Under the pieces are notes generated by a model. It was not told the origin of the DNA. It saw only the letters and a program-made list of their open reading frames with translations, and searched no databases. This document shows positions 10,680 to 23,647 of a DNA stretch of 58,554 bases, in pieces. Every line of letters starts with the position of its first letter. Positions within the stretch are counted from its first letter, which is position 1. The translations under genes were made by a program, and so were the position numbers. The stretch is from Chiloscyllium plagiosum (Eukaryota): contig NC_057720.1 in NCBI RefSeq assembly GCF_004010195.1, positions 17,768,456 to 17,827,009 on the forward strand, given 5' to 3'.

Positions 10680-11190
10680 ACAATAGCATAGTGGTCATAT
10701 CGCTGGACAGGTAAGCCAGAGGTTCAAATCTGTCCATGGCAGCTTGTGGAGTTTAATTTCATTGAATAAATCAGAAATTGAAAGCTTGTATTAGGAAAAA
10801 TGACCAACTATCATTAATTATAGAAACACATCTGAAATAACTCCATGAAGGCCGGTATCTTGTCACCTTTTATTTATATGCACACATTACATACCATTGA
10901 CCCAGCTAGCACTGAGCTGGCTCCAGGAATGAGGTGAACTCCTGACACTAGTTTACATCCATCAGCCAGGATCACGTTAACAGCCCCAATCACGGAACTC
11001 ATTCTCCTGGCTGACATCGTTCCATTCACTACACCTTTTTGTTTTACAAATGCCACTTATGGAAGGAAGTCTACAGTCCTTGCTTAGTCTGGCCTAGATG
11101 TCACACCACATCCACAGCAAATGAGATTGGCTTTAACTTTCTGGACAACAGTTGCTGGTAATGCCCACATCCCATTAAAGACAAAAGACT
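10680..11190 (+). mobile_element. Degenerate tRNA-derived SINE carrying a ~200-bp LTR-like insert (10833-11033)
   Basis: ggttcaaatc B-box head and atgcccacatcccatt tail; the insert reads TG...CA with AATAAA on the - strand. Confidence 0.5.
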
Positions 11191-11359
11191 CTAATATATG
11201 TAGCCTGCCTAGTTTCATTTGTGTGGAATATATAAATGTTAGTCTTTTATAATTTGGAAAATAACTTTCAAGTGGCAAACTGATATTGAATAATTCTGGG
11301 GTTTTTTTTTTGGATGCATTTGCAGGTGCGTATTTAACTTTGCCTCTTTGTGTTCTTAG

Positions 11360-11458
11360 GTACATTTTATTACTGCAGTCCATTATAAGGATATTGTGGA
11401 AGAGCGGTCCATAATTGAACAGTGTGGCTATCCTATTTGTCAAAATAAACTTGAGAAT
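11360..11458 (+). CDS. RPAP2: RPAP2 coding exon 3 ([33 protein letters not shown])
   Basis: Polypyrimidine tract + TAG|, |GTAAGT, 99 nt; ERS...CGYPxC half of the RTR1-type zinc finger. Confidence 0.96.
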
Positions 11459-12299
11459 GTAAGTCTATTATGTTTATTTGTATTAATTTGCAGCTATTTG
11501 TGAAAATAAATGACAAGTAGTGTCACACCAGATGCTGATGAGCAAATCAGCTTCCCACTTTGCAAACTCCCTGATTGGCTACAACAAATATTAGTGTCTT
11601 CCAACATGAAACCATACATTTCTCCAGTTAAAATGTAATTAACTAATTTCTACTTCAGTAATAAGAAGCCAGTTACAACGATTCTTTAAGTGAAAGACCA
11701 ATTTCATTACCAACTAACCATAAGTAGAAAACAATAGAATGCAATCTCCAGCAAAGGGCTTTCATCCAGTATATCTCACCCATGTGCAAAGTTGAACGGG
11801 AACAAGTTCCTATTGCAAAAAGGATGATAAAAGAATAGAGATCTTTTAGATGTCCTTGGTTGTTTAAATAAATGTGTATACTGCTAGTTCACAACCAATA
11901 GTTCTATTTTAAAAGAAAGGTATAAAGTATTTCTCCCATTAGAAAGAGATTTTGTTTGGTCCAGCATCCAGGAACTATCCATATTATTCTCCCCAAAGCC
12001 TTGCAAATATTCTTAACCCCTACCCTGCCATCCCCTCCCAGTGTATATATCCAATTTCATTTTGAAAGTTATTACTGAATCTACTTCACAATACCTTTTT
12101 AGGCAGTGTATTCTTAATAACTCGTTGCATTTTCAAAAGGAAAATTCTTATTCTCCTCTCTGGTACTGATCCCATATCTTGTGGAAATGGTTTTGCCATA
12201 TCTTCCCTGTCAGAATGTTTCATAACTTTAAACTGCTCGATTCTATCTCCCATTAATTTCTCTGTCCTACAAGAGAATAGTTACATCTTCTGTCTTCCC

Positions 12300-12530
12300 G
12301 TAGAGACATACAACATGGAAACAGACCCTATGGTCCAACTGGTCTGTGCTGACCAGACATCCCAATCTGACCTAATCCCATTTGCTGACATTTGGCCCAT
12401 GTTCCTCCATACCTTTCCTATTCCTATATCCACCCAAATGTCTTTTAAATGCTGTAATTGTACCAGCCTCCACCACCTCTCTGGCAGCTCGTTCCATATG
12501 TGCACCACCCTCTGCATGAAAATGTTACCG
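12300..12530 (-). mobile_element. HER1/CR1 LINE 3' fragment
   Basis: ORF 12281-12595 contains FMQRVVHIWNELPE. Confidence 0.8.
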
Positions 12531-14762
12531 TAGACAGTAGAGCAACAATAGCAGGAGTATCTGGGTGTAATTGAGGACTCAGTACAGAGGTTCATCCCAA
12601 AGAAAAGATTATCCGGGGAGGGGTTAGACAGCCATGGCTGACAAAGGAAGTCAGGAAATGTATCAAAGAAAGCGAGAGCTTATAAAGTGGCCAGAAACAC
12701 TGGGAAATTAGATTGGGAAGACTACAAAAATAAACAGGATAACAAAGAAACAAGGAAGAAAAAGATCAAATATGAAGATAAGCTCTCCAGTAATAGTAGA
12801 AATGATCGTAGGGTCTGTTCAATACATATGAAACAAACGAGAGGCAAAAATAGAGATTGGACTGCTCCAAATTGATGCAGGAAAGCTCGTGCTGGGAGGT
12901 AAGGAAATAGCTGAAGAACTTAAGCACTTTGTGTCAGTCTTCACAGTGGAAGACAGGAGTAATAGATTAGATTTCCTACAGTATGGCCCAACAAGTCCAC
13001 ACCAACCCTCTGAAGAGCAACCCACCCACACCCATTTACCCTAAATAATGCACCTAACACTGAGCAATTTAGCATGGCTAATTCACCTAACCTGCACATC
13101 TTTGGACTGTGGGAGGAAACTGGGGTACCTGGAGGAAACCCATGCAGACAGTTACCTGAGGCAGGCATTGAACCTGGGTCCCTGGCACTGAGGCAGTAGT
13201 GCTAACCACTGTGCCATCTCCAAACAATATCCCAACAATTGAGAGTCAAAGGGCAGAGTTGAGTATGGTAGCCATTGCAAAAGAGTGCTAGAAAAGCTAA
13301 AAGGTCTAAAAATTGATGGGCTACATCAGAGTTCTGAGAGGTGGCTGAGGAAATAGTGGAGGCACTGACTGTGATCTTTCAAAAATCACTGGAATCAGGG
13401 AAAGTCCCAGATGATTGGAAAGATCACTGTTGTAACCCCCTTGGTCAAGAAAGGATCAAGACAAAAGATGGAAAATTGTAGGCCGATTAGCTTAACCTCA
13501 GTTGTAGGTAAAATTGTAGAATCTATCGTTAAGGATGAGATTTCTAAATTCGTGGACGTGCGGGGTTGGATTAGAACACGTCAGCATGGATTTAGTTAGG
13601 GGAGGTCGTGCCTGACAAACTTGTTAAAACTCATTGAAAAGGTAATGAATAGGTTAGACCAAGGACACCCAGTGGGTGTCTATCTAGACTTCCAAAAGGC
13701 CTTTGATAAGGTGCCTGACGGGAGGCTGCTGAGTAAGGTGAGGACTCATGGTTTTAGAGGTGAGCTTCTGCCATGGATTGAGGATTGGCTGTCTGACAGG
13801 AGGCAGACAGTTTGGGTAAAAAGGTTCTTTTTCGAAATGGCAGTTGGTGACTAGTAGTGTCCCGCAGTGTTGGGGCCACAGCTGTTCACTTTTTATATAG
13901 TAGTTCTGAGAAAGTGGGGAGGCCACAAAGATTTAGACAGTTTAGGAGAGTGGTCCAGGAAATGGCTGATGAAATTCAACGTGAGCAACTGCGAGGTCTT
14001 GCATTTTGGAAAAAGAATACGGGCATGGACCTTTTTAAACTGAGGAAAATTCATAAAGCCAAAGTACAAAGGGTCTTGGAATGCTCATCCAGGATTCTCA
14101 AGGTTGACTTGCAAGTTGAATCTGTGATTAAGAAAGCAAATATAATGTTTTCATTTACCTCGAGGGTTGAATTACAAAAGCAGCGATGTGCTTCTGAGAC
14201 TTTATAAAGCTATAGTTAAGCCCAATTTAGAATACTGTCCAATATTGGGCCCCGCACCTCAGGAAGGACGTACTGGAGCATGTCCAGCAGAGATTCACAC
14301 TGCTGATCCCTTGAATAGTAGGCCTAACATATGATTAACAGCTGAGGATCCTGGGATTGTATTCATTAGAGTTTAGAAGATTGAGGGAAGATCTAATAGA
14401 AACTTACAAGATAATGTATGGCTTAGAAAGGGTGGATGCTGGGAAATTGTTTCCGTTAGGTGGGGAGACTAGAATCTGTGGGCAATGCCTCAAAATTAGA
14501 AGGGGTCAATTTAGAATGGAAATGAGGTATTTCTTCAGCCAGAGTGGTGGGCCTGTGGAATTCATTGCTACGGAGTGCAGTGTAGGCGGGGATGTTGGGT
14601 GTCTTCAAGGCAGAGATTGATAAATTCTTGATCTCGCGAGGAATTAATAGCTACAGGGAGTGTGTGGGTCAGTGGAATTGAAACACTGAGCAGCCCTGAT
14701 TAAATGGTGGAGTGGACCTGATGGGCCGAACGGCCTTGTTTGCACTCCTATGTCTTATGGTC
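12531..14762 (+). mobile_element. Frameshifted CR1-clade LINE (ORF2 and 3'UTR)
   Basis: ORF fragments RPISLTSVVGKIVE, YLDFQKAFDKVP, YSLEFRRLREDLIETYKIM; ends cctatgtcttatggtct; same family as 2202-3346. Confidence 0.9.
12963..13217 (-). mobile_element. HE1-like SINE nested in CR1
   Basis: tagattagatt tail through gaggcagtagtgctaaccactgtgcca head. Confidence 0.85.
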
Positions 14763-14764
14763 TC

Positions 14765-15600
14765 CTGGTTACCCCTCTGGTCCTTTTTTTTAAATCTCTT
14801 CTGTTTCATTTTGAACTTCCCCACTCTAAAGAGAACCTGGCTATTCAGCATATCCATGCCCCTCAGACCTTATAAACCTGTATAAGGTCACCCCTCAGCC
14901 TCTGACACTCCAGGATAAAAATGCCACAACACTCAGCCTCAGCCTCTCCCTCTCACTCAAACCCTCCAGTCACATAACAGAGGACCCTCATTCCACTATT
15001 TCAGAGTGCAAGTACTTTCTGCCCAAGTATTTTTTTGTTGTATCTTCTGATATTGAAGATTTTTAAATTTAATTTTCCATGATTTGTTACATAAACAACT
15101 AGTTGACGGTTTTACAAGCTTCACCAAATCCATACATAAAATCAGATATATAGCACAGAAACAGACCCTTCGATTCAACTTGACCATGCCAACCAGATAT
15201 ACTAAATTAATTTAGTCCCATTTGCCAGCACTAGGCCTGTATCGCTCTAAATCCTTCCTATTTACCAGCTTCCACCACTTCCTCTGGCAGCTCATTCCAT
15301 ACACGTACCACTCTTTCCGTGAAAAAGTTGCCCCTTGAGTCCCTCTTTAAATCTTTTACCCCCCCTCAACCTAAATCTATGCCCTCGTTCTGGACCCTAG
15401 GGAAAAGACCTTATCTATTTACCCTATCCATGCTCCTCATGATTTTATAAACTTCTCTAAGGTCGCCACTCCGCTTCAGTGCTCCAGGGAAAACAGTCCC
15501 AGCCTATTCAGCCTCTCCTTATAGCACAAGCCCTCTAACCCTGGCAACGTCCTTGTAAATCTTTTCTGAACCTTTCCAAGTTTCACAATATTGTTCCTAT
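14765..15600 (-). mobile_element. Two HER1/CR1 3' fragments (about 14765-14970 and 15140-15600)
   Basis: aggtcacccctcagcctc and ctggcaacgtccttgtaaatcttttctgaacc, shared with 15910-17600. Confidence 0.7.
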
Positions 15601-15909
15601 CTTTCACTTGACAATAGATCTGATGTAATTTGACCAATAGGAAAGAAAATAAATCTTTAGTTCTGTATCATTTTGTCTTTCAGTAGAAGACTTTCCAATG
15701 CCTATTCAGTTCATATTGCATCTGAGGCCACTTTTTTGCTGGCCCCAATGATGTGAATAGAAATAATATAAAAAGTCTACCATACGCTTTTATAAACATG
15801 CTTAATTGAGGAGAACATTAGGTGACTGGAATGCTGTGGTCGACATCTACATATTTTATTTCCCTACAGTGAGTAGAGAACTGTGTGCCCAAATAGTGCT
15901 TCTTTATAT

Positions 15910-17600
15910 ATTAGAGTCATAGAGATATACAGCATGGAAACAGACCTTTTCGGTCCAACCAGTCCATGCCGACCAGATATGCCAACCCAATCTAGTCCTA
16001 CCTGCTGGCACCCCGCCCATATCCCTTCAAACCCTTTCTATTCATATACCCATCCAAATGCCTCTTAAATGTTGCCATTGTACCAGCCTCCGCCACTTCC
16101 TCTGGCAGCTCATTCCATACATGTACCACCCTCCTGCGTGGAAAAAGTTGCCCCTTAGGTCTCTTTTATATTTTTCCCCTCACCCTAAACCTATACTCTC
16201 TAGTTCTGGACTACCGCACCCCAGGGAAAAGACTGTCTATTTATCCTATCCATGCCCCTCATAATTTTGTAAACCTCTATAAGATCACCCCATCTGACGC
16301 TCCAGAGAAAACAGCCCCAGCCTGTACAGCCTCTCCCTGTAGCTCAGATCCTCCAACCCTGGCAACATCCTTGTAAATCTTTTCTGAACCCTTTCAAGTT
16401 TCACAACATCTTTCCAATAGGAAGGAGACCTGAATTGCATACAATATTCCAACAGTGGCCTAACCAATGTCCTGTACAGCCACAACATGACCTCCCAACT
16501 CCTGTACTCCATACTCCGATCAATAAAGGAAAGCCTACCAAATGCTGCCTTCACTATCCTATCTACCTGCGACTCCACTTTCAAGGAGCTATGAACCTGC
16601 ACTCCAAGGTCTCTTTGTTCAGCAACATTCCCTAGGACCTTAACCATTAAGTGTATAAGTGCTGCTAAGATTTGCTTTCCCAAAATGCAACACCTTGCAT
16701 ATATCTGAATTAAAATTCCACCTGCCACTTCTCAGCCCATTGGCCCATCTAGTCTAGATCCTGTTGTAATGAGGTAACCCTTTTTGCTATCCACTACACC
16801 TCCAATTTTGGTCTCATCTGCAAACTTACTAACTGTACCTCTTATGCTTGCATCCAACCTTGTCGAACGCCTTACTGAAGTCCATATAGATCACATCTAC
16901 TGCTCTGCCCTCATCAATCATCTTTGTTACTACTTCAAAAAACTCAATCAAGCTTGTGAGACATGATTTCCCACACACAAAGCCATGTTGACTATTCTGA
17001 ATCAGTCCTTGCCTTTTCAAATACATGTACATTCTGTCCCTCAGGATTCTCTCCAACAACTTGCCCACCACTGAGGTCAGGCTCACCGGTCTATAATTCC
17101 CTGGCTTGTCTTTACTGCCCTCCTTAAACAGTGGCACCATGTTAGCCAACCTCCAGTCTTCCGGCACCTCACCTGTGACTATGATGATACAAATATCTCA
17201 GCAAGAGGCCCAGCAAACACTTCTCTAGCTTCCCACAGAGTTCTCGGGTACACCTGATCAGGTCCTGGGGATTTATCAACTTTTATGCTTTTCAAGGCAT
17301 CCAGCACATCCTCCTCTGTGTAATCTGAAAATTTTGCAAGATGTCACCATCTATTTCCCTACTATCTAAATCTTCCATATCCTTTTCCACAGTAAATACT
17401 AATGCAAAATATTCATTTAGTATCTCCCCCCATTTTCTGTGGCTCCACCCAAAGGCCGCCTTGCTGATCTTTGAGGGACCCTATTCTCTCCCTAGTTATC
17501 CTTTTGTCCTTCACATATTTGTAAAACCCCTTTTGGATTCTCCTTAATTCTATTTGTCAAAGCTATCTCATGTCCCTAAGTATACTCCTACTTTCTTTAT
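15910..17600 (-). mobile_element. HER1/CR1 LINE with internal deletions
   Basis: ORFs 16829-17167 (PEDWRLAN..NYRPVSLTSVVGKLLE..DFSKAFDKV) and 16285-16728 (LYRTLVRPLLEYC); agagtcatagag tail. Confidence 0.9.
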
Positions 17601-18419
17601 ACTGTTGCCTAACTACCCCCATTTGTCTCGTAGGCATCAGCTTATTGTGTTCGGGTTCTAAGAGCAGCAGTTACATTCTGCTGTAATGTGGCTAACAAAG
17701 GAAATGAAGGATTTCATTATGTCAAAGGAGGAGGCATATAAAATTGCCAAAAATGTACTAAGCTTTAGGATAGGGAGCATTTTAGACTTCATCAACGGAG
17801 AACTTTGAGTGGAGCCACAGAAAATGGGGGAGATGAAAATGAATATTTTGCACTGTGATACTGAAAGAAAGAGACCATGGATGAAGTGATCAGTGTTCAA
17901 ACCCCAGCTGTTCACCATATAGTAATGGGTTGAAGGAGGGACTTAAATTTAATATCTTCACATTTGCAGATGTCTCAAATCTGGGCAGGAGGGTGAGTTA
18001 TGAGGAGGATGCAGAGCTGCTTCTGGTCAAGCTGAGTGCATGAAACATGCAGTATAATGTACATAAATATGAGGTTATCTACTTTTGTAGTTAAAACAAG
18101 AAGGCACATTATACTTTTGGTTATAAATTGATAAGCAAGAAAATGTATCAAGACCTGGGTGTCATATAATCAGACAGCCAGAAAAGGCCCTTTGACCCAT
18201 GAGCCCATCAAGTCTCTACCACTAAAGCTACACTAAATCAACATGAGCCTCCCTTTCCAACAGTGAGCCCATAATCTTGAATGTTAAGACATTTCAAGTG
18301 CTTATTCAAGTACTTTTATTTAAAAGTTGTGAAATGTACCCCTTCAACTACCCACCCCAGCAGTGAATTCCAGGCCCCACCACTGTCAGGATGAAAACGC
18401 TTCCTCCATTCCCTTCTAG

Positions 18420-20150
18420 ACACTGGATGCTGCAAAGGCTATGGGTAGCAGTACTAAAGGCTTGTGCTCCAGAATTTGCTGCTCCCCAAGCCAAGCTCTT
18501 CCAATACAGTTACAACACTGGCATTTACCTGACTGTGGAAAATTGCCCAGATATGTCCTGTACATAAAGTAGGGCAAATCTGCCCCAGTCAATTACTGCC
18601 CCATTAGTCTACTCTCAATTATCAATAAAGCAATGCAAGGTATCATCAAGCTATCAGACAGCACCTGCTCAGTGACGTTCAGTTTGTTCTGCCAGGGCCA
18701 CTCAGGTTCTGATCTCATGACAGCCTTGGTTCAAATATGGACAAAGCTGAATTCCAGTGGTCAGATGAGTGACAGCCTTTGACATCGACAGCATTTGACT
18801 AAGTGTGGCATCAAGGAGCCCTAGCAAAATTGGAATCAATGGGCAAACTCTCCAGTGATTTAATTCACATTGGCATATAAGAGGGTGATCACGGTTGTTG
18901 GGGTCAGGACACCTCAACCAGAGTTTGTTTGGGTAGTGTCCTAAACCCAATCATCTTCTCTTCATCATGAGGTCAGAAATGGGGATGTTTACTGATTGCG
19001 CAATGTTCAGCTCCAATCATAACCCATCAGATACTGAAGAAGTGCATGTCCAAATGCAACAAGATCAGGACAATATCTAGGCTTAGGTTGACAAGTGGCA
19101 GGTAACATTCACACCCCACAAATGCCAGGCTATGATCATCACTGAATCCCCCACCATCAGCAACCTAGGACTTGCCATCAATCAGAAACTAAATTAGATT
19201 CATCACATAAAAACAGTGGCCGGGCACGGTGGCACAGTGGTTAGCACTGCTGCCTCACAGCGCTGGAGACCCGGGTTCAATTCCCGCCTCAGGCGACTGA
19301 CTGTGTGGAGTTTGCAAGTTCTCCCCGTGTCTGCGTGGGTTTCCTCCAGGTGCTCCGGTTTCCTCCCACAGTCCAAAGAACTGGCCATGCTAAGTTGCCC
19401 GTAGTGTTAAGTAAGGGGTAAATGTAGGGGTATGGGTGGGTTGCGCTTCGTGGGTCGGTGTGGACTTGTTGGGCCGAAGGGCCTGTTTCCACACTGTAAT
19501 GTAATCTAATCTGCAGTTCTTTGAAAAAAAAAAGAAAAAAGAAAAAAAAAAAACAGTGGCCACAAGAGCAAGTCCGAGGCTAGGAATACTGAGGCAAGTA
19601 GCTCAGCACCTGACTCTGCTAGGTCTATCCATCATCTATAAGGCACAAGTCAGGAGTATGATGGAATACTCCCCAATTGCTTGGATGAGTGTAGCTCCAA
19701 GAACACTGAAGAAGCCTGACCCCATCAAGGACAAAAGCTGCTTGATCCACATCCTACATCCACAAGCATCTATTCCCTCCTCCACTGACACTCAGGAGCA
19801 GCAGTATGTAATGACTAAAAGATCCACTGCAGAAATTCACCAAAGATCCTCAGACAGCACCTTCCAAACCCATAACCACTTCCATCTAAAAGGACAGCAG
19901 GTACATGGGAATACTATCACCTACAAGTTCCCCTCCAAATCACTCACTGTCCTGACTTGGAAATATGTCTCTCTTTCTTCACTGTTGAGTCAAAAGCCTA
20001 GCATTCCTTCCATAAGGGCATTGTGGGTCAACCTACAGCACATAGATTGCAGCGACTCAAGAAGGCAGCTCACTTCTCAAGGGCGACTGAGGACGGGCAA
20101 AAAATTATGACTGGCCACTGAAGCCCACATCCCACAAATGAATTTTTAAA
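18420..20150 (+). mobile_element. Divergent CR1-group LINE (YKAQVR-type RT C-terminus)
   Basis: ORF 19556-20110 LGILR...IYKAQVRSMMEYSPIAWM; aattactgccccattagtctactctc (NYxPISLLS); gcccacatcccacaaatgaat tail. Confidence 0.75.
19221..19548 (+). mobile_element. HE1-like SINE with A-rich tail and 13-bp TSD
   Basis: Intact A-box/B-box head, aatct tail, then gcagttctttg + A-rich tract; aaaaacagtggcc at 19209-19221 and 19549-19561. Confidence 0.9.
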
Positions 20151-21235
20151 AACCTCTTCCCTTTCACCTTATTGTGTTCCTCTGTTATTGTCCCTATGAC
20201 TAAGAGAAAGGAGCTTCTTTGTATTCATCCTGTCCATCCTTTCATAATTGTATGCACCTCTATCAGGTCTCCCTCAATCTTTTCTGCTCCAAAGTAGACA
20301 GTCCGAGCTTATCCAGCCCCTATTTGGTGCTAATTGAAGTAGACGTGTAGGAACAGCAAGGTACAGCAAAGATCAGTTTTTGGGTCTCAACTTGTTTTTT
20401 CAGAAGCCCACTGACTGGGCCAGCTTTTCTAGCCCATTGGCTAAATTACCAGAGGGTAGTCAAGAGTCAACCATTTTTGCTGTTGTTCTGGAGCCATATC
20501 AGCCAAGCCAGATCAGCATGGCAAAGTTCCTTCCCTAAAGGACGTTAGTGAACCAGATGGGCTTGTATAACAATCAACAGAGATTAGTTGTTTGCCATTA
20601 GACTAGCTTTACTCCAATTTTTTTGAAATTGAATCCCATTTCACTATCTGCCCTGGTGGGATTGAAATCCATGTTCCCAGATCATTCGGCTGAGGTTCTG
20701 AATTAGTAGACCAGCGACTAAGGCAGCATAGAACTATGGATCACAGTTTGGGGACAAGTTAACTTAGGACTGAGATCAAATGGAGTTTCTTTACTTGGAG
20801 GATAGTGAATCTTTGGAATTCTCAATCTTAGAAAGCTGTACAAGACTGAAGTCGATAGACTTCCAAATCCTAATGACAGTCATACCATTGTAACTATGAC
20901 TAATGACGTAAAGGGATATGAGAGAGTGTAGGATTTTGACAGTGTTTTTGATTAGCCATGATCTAGAGTGACAAACCAAGCTCACAGGGCTGACTGGCTG
21001 TGTGTATTCCAAAGTATAGTCATTCTTGTCTGATACATGATAAAATGGTTACTGTGAGCAGACCGCAGTTCACTGAAACCATGACAAATAAAATAATACT
21101 GCTATTATTTTACTTGCATCCATTTGATACTTACATCTATTTATTTGGCTCTTATTGTGTGCAACAGCTGAGCTATTTGGCAGTCTTTTACTGATTATGA
21201 TGTTACCTCTGATTCTTTTTTTAAATTCCATCAAG

Positions 21236-21301
21236 GTACCTAAACAGCAATACAGAATATCTACCCACACCAATCGAGTTTATGACATTACTGAAAGAAA
21301 G
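21236..21301 (+). CDS. RPAP2: RPAP2 coding exon 4 (VPKQQYRISTHTNRVYDITERK)
   Basis: AAG| acceptor after a T-rich tract, AAG|GTAAGA donor, 66 nt; conserved N.VYDITERK motif. Confidence 0.96.
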
Positions 21302-21525
21302 GTAAGAACTTTTTAAAAAGACTTTCTAGTTGATTTGAAATAATTTGTGTTGAGAGAATTGTATTGAATATCCCTAGATTTATATGTGTTAGTTGGGTTT
21401 GCGCCTTTTGTTTACACTACTCTGGAATGAAAATTATATGGAAATTTTTAGAGCATTGTTTAACATATTGCTGCTCTCAAAAGTAGAAAGTTATGACTAA
21501 ACTGAGAACAACTCCAAAAGAATAT

Positions 21526-22345
21526 GGGCAGCATGGCTAAGTGATTAATACTGCTGCCTCACAGCGCCAGGGACACTGGTTGGATTCCAGCCTCTGGCAA
21601 CTGTCTGCGTGGAGTTTGCACGTTCTCCCCATGTCTGCGTGGGTTTCTCCCACAATCCAAAGACGTGTGGGTTAGATGAATTGGCCTTGCTTAAATTGCC
21701 CACCTTCTTCAGAGAAGATGTTGTGAAACTTGAAAGGGTTCAGAAAAGATTTACAAGGCTGTTGCCAGGGTTGGAGGATTTGAGCTATACGGAGAGGCTG
21801 AACAGGCTGGGGCTGTTTTCCCTGGAGCGTCGGAGGCTGAGGGGTGACCTTGTAGAGATTTATAAAATTGAGGGGCATGGATAGGATAAATAGACAAAGT
21901 CTTTTCCCTGGTGTCGGGGAGTCCAGAATTAGAGGGCATAGGTTTAGGGTGAGAGGGGAAAGATATAAAAGAGACCTAAGGGGCAACTTTTGCACGCAGA
22001 GAGTGGTATGGAATGAGCTGCCAGATGAAGTGATGGAGGCTAGTACAACTGCAACATTTAAGAGGCATTTGGATGAGTATATGAAGAGGAAGGGTTTGGA
22101 GGGATATGGGCCGGATGCTGCCAAGTGGGACTAGATTGGGTTGGAATATCTGGTCGGCATGGACAGGTTGGACCGAAGGGTCTGTTTCCATGCTGTACAT
22201 CTCTATGACTCTGTGTAGGTTAGGTGTATTAGTCGGAGGCAAATATAGAGTTGGGGAATGGGTCTGTGTGGATTACTCTTCGGAGGGTCGCCGTGGACTT
22301 GTTGGGCCGAAGGGCCTGTTTCCACACTGTAAGGATTCTAATTCA
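21526..22345 (+). mobile_element. HE1-like SINE split by a HER1/CR1 3' fragment (about 21710-22212)
   Basis: SINE head 21526-21700; LINE segment EDVVKLERVQKRFTR...; SINE 3' half resumes at about 22213. Confidence 0.85.
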
Positions 22346-23030
22346 AATAAAATTAAATATTGTAATTATGTTTGCAGACCTAAGAAAGCTAGTTGTATTA
22401 ATATGAGACATGTTGCTGATCTATGAATAGTACACGAGTACTATTACTACTGAGTAGCATTTCAGTTGGCTAACTTCAGAAACCGGGCTTAAAATGCAGA
22501 GCATCTGTGCTCAAATTCTTAACAAAAGTTTGAGAATTTGAATTCAGTCTTCAATAATATGTTATGTGAAAAAAAGAGATTGAGGTCCCTAATTTCCTTT
22601 TAGGAATAGAAATTACTTGTCTTTACTTGTTGTTAATCTGTGTGAGACTCCAATCTCACTCAACTTCTTTTTGAGGGCAATTTGGATGGGTACCAATTAC
22701 TAATAGAACTGGAACTGATCCACAAGTATTCAAGTTATGTTTTACTTAGCATGTTCAGTTTGTGACTGACACTTTTTAAAAGGCTGCAATAAAGATTTAG
22801 ATTGTTAAACACTGAGATTCTTCATTTAGTATTATTTGTCTGTCAGAGCTGTCAGAAATAGCTTTTGCTTCCAATTTTTTTTGTGTAATTTGATAGTCAT
22901 TATTTCCAACCTCTGTTCTATGTTGTCTTTCTAGGAGTCCAAAAGATATGGACTGTAAAGTTAAATATTCTAGAGGAGAAAAAGTGCCTGTTAACTTTTC
23001 GTATTATTCTACAGTAATCTTTTAATTATG

Positions 23031-23250
23031 TTCTGGATTAGTGGTGCTGGAAGCGTACAGCAGTTCAGGCAGCATCCAAGGAGCAGTGAAATCGAAGTTT
23101 CGGGCAAAAGCCCTTATTCCTGATGAAGGGCTTTTGCCCGAAACGTCGATTTCGCTGCTCCTTGGATGCTGCCTGAACTGCTGTGCTCTTCCAGCACCAC
23201 TAATCCAGAATCTGGTTTCCAGCATCTGCAGTCATTGTTTTTATCTCGTC
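23031..23250. mobile_element. Mini Penelope-like fold-back insertion with 15-bp TSD
   Basis: Inverted arms about 23031-23115 and 23126-23210; aatcttttaattatg at 23016-23030 and 23251-23265. Confidence 0.85.
23120..23147 (+). ncRNA. Minimal type-I hammerhead ribozyme core
   Basis: CUGAUGA-A-GGGC-UUUU-GCCC-GAAAC-GUC. Confidence 0.72.
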
Positions 23251-23647
23251 AATCTTTTAATTATGGTCAGACCCATGTATCAAAATTTGCTCACTTGCCC
23301 ATACTTGTGTAAATTCTTGGATGATGCAATAAAAGATGACCGAACCCCACTGAAGTAGTTTCAAAATTTGAAAACAAATTAGTGGTGCAGGTTGGTCTAC
23401 TCTTTACTATTCACTGACTGTAAGTAAAAAGTGGTTCTGGCTTTGACTCTGCAGCTGTTAACAGTCCAATAATGTACCTGCCCTTTGACAAGGTACAAGG
23501 TGTTATGCTCATGGGGACCTGAGCATGAGGCACACCTTAAGAAAAATATCATTTTAAGTTTAAACAAAAGTCTATTCTTGAATGTTTAAATTGAAGAAAA
23601 GGTAATTTCTATAAATATAAATACTAATTAAAATCAATTATTTTAAG

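Noticed and set aside
19221..19290. tRNA gene-like A/B boxes
   Set aside because: They are SINE heads continuous with the HE1 body, not tRNA genes
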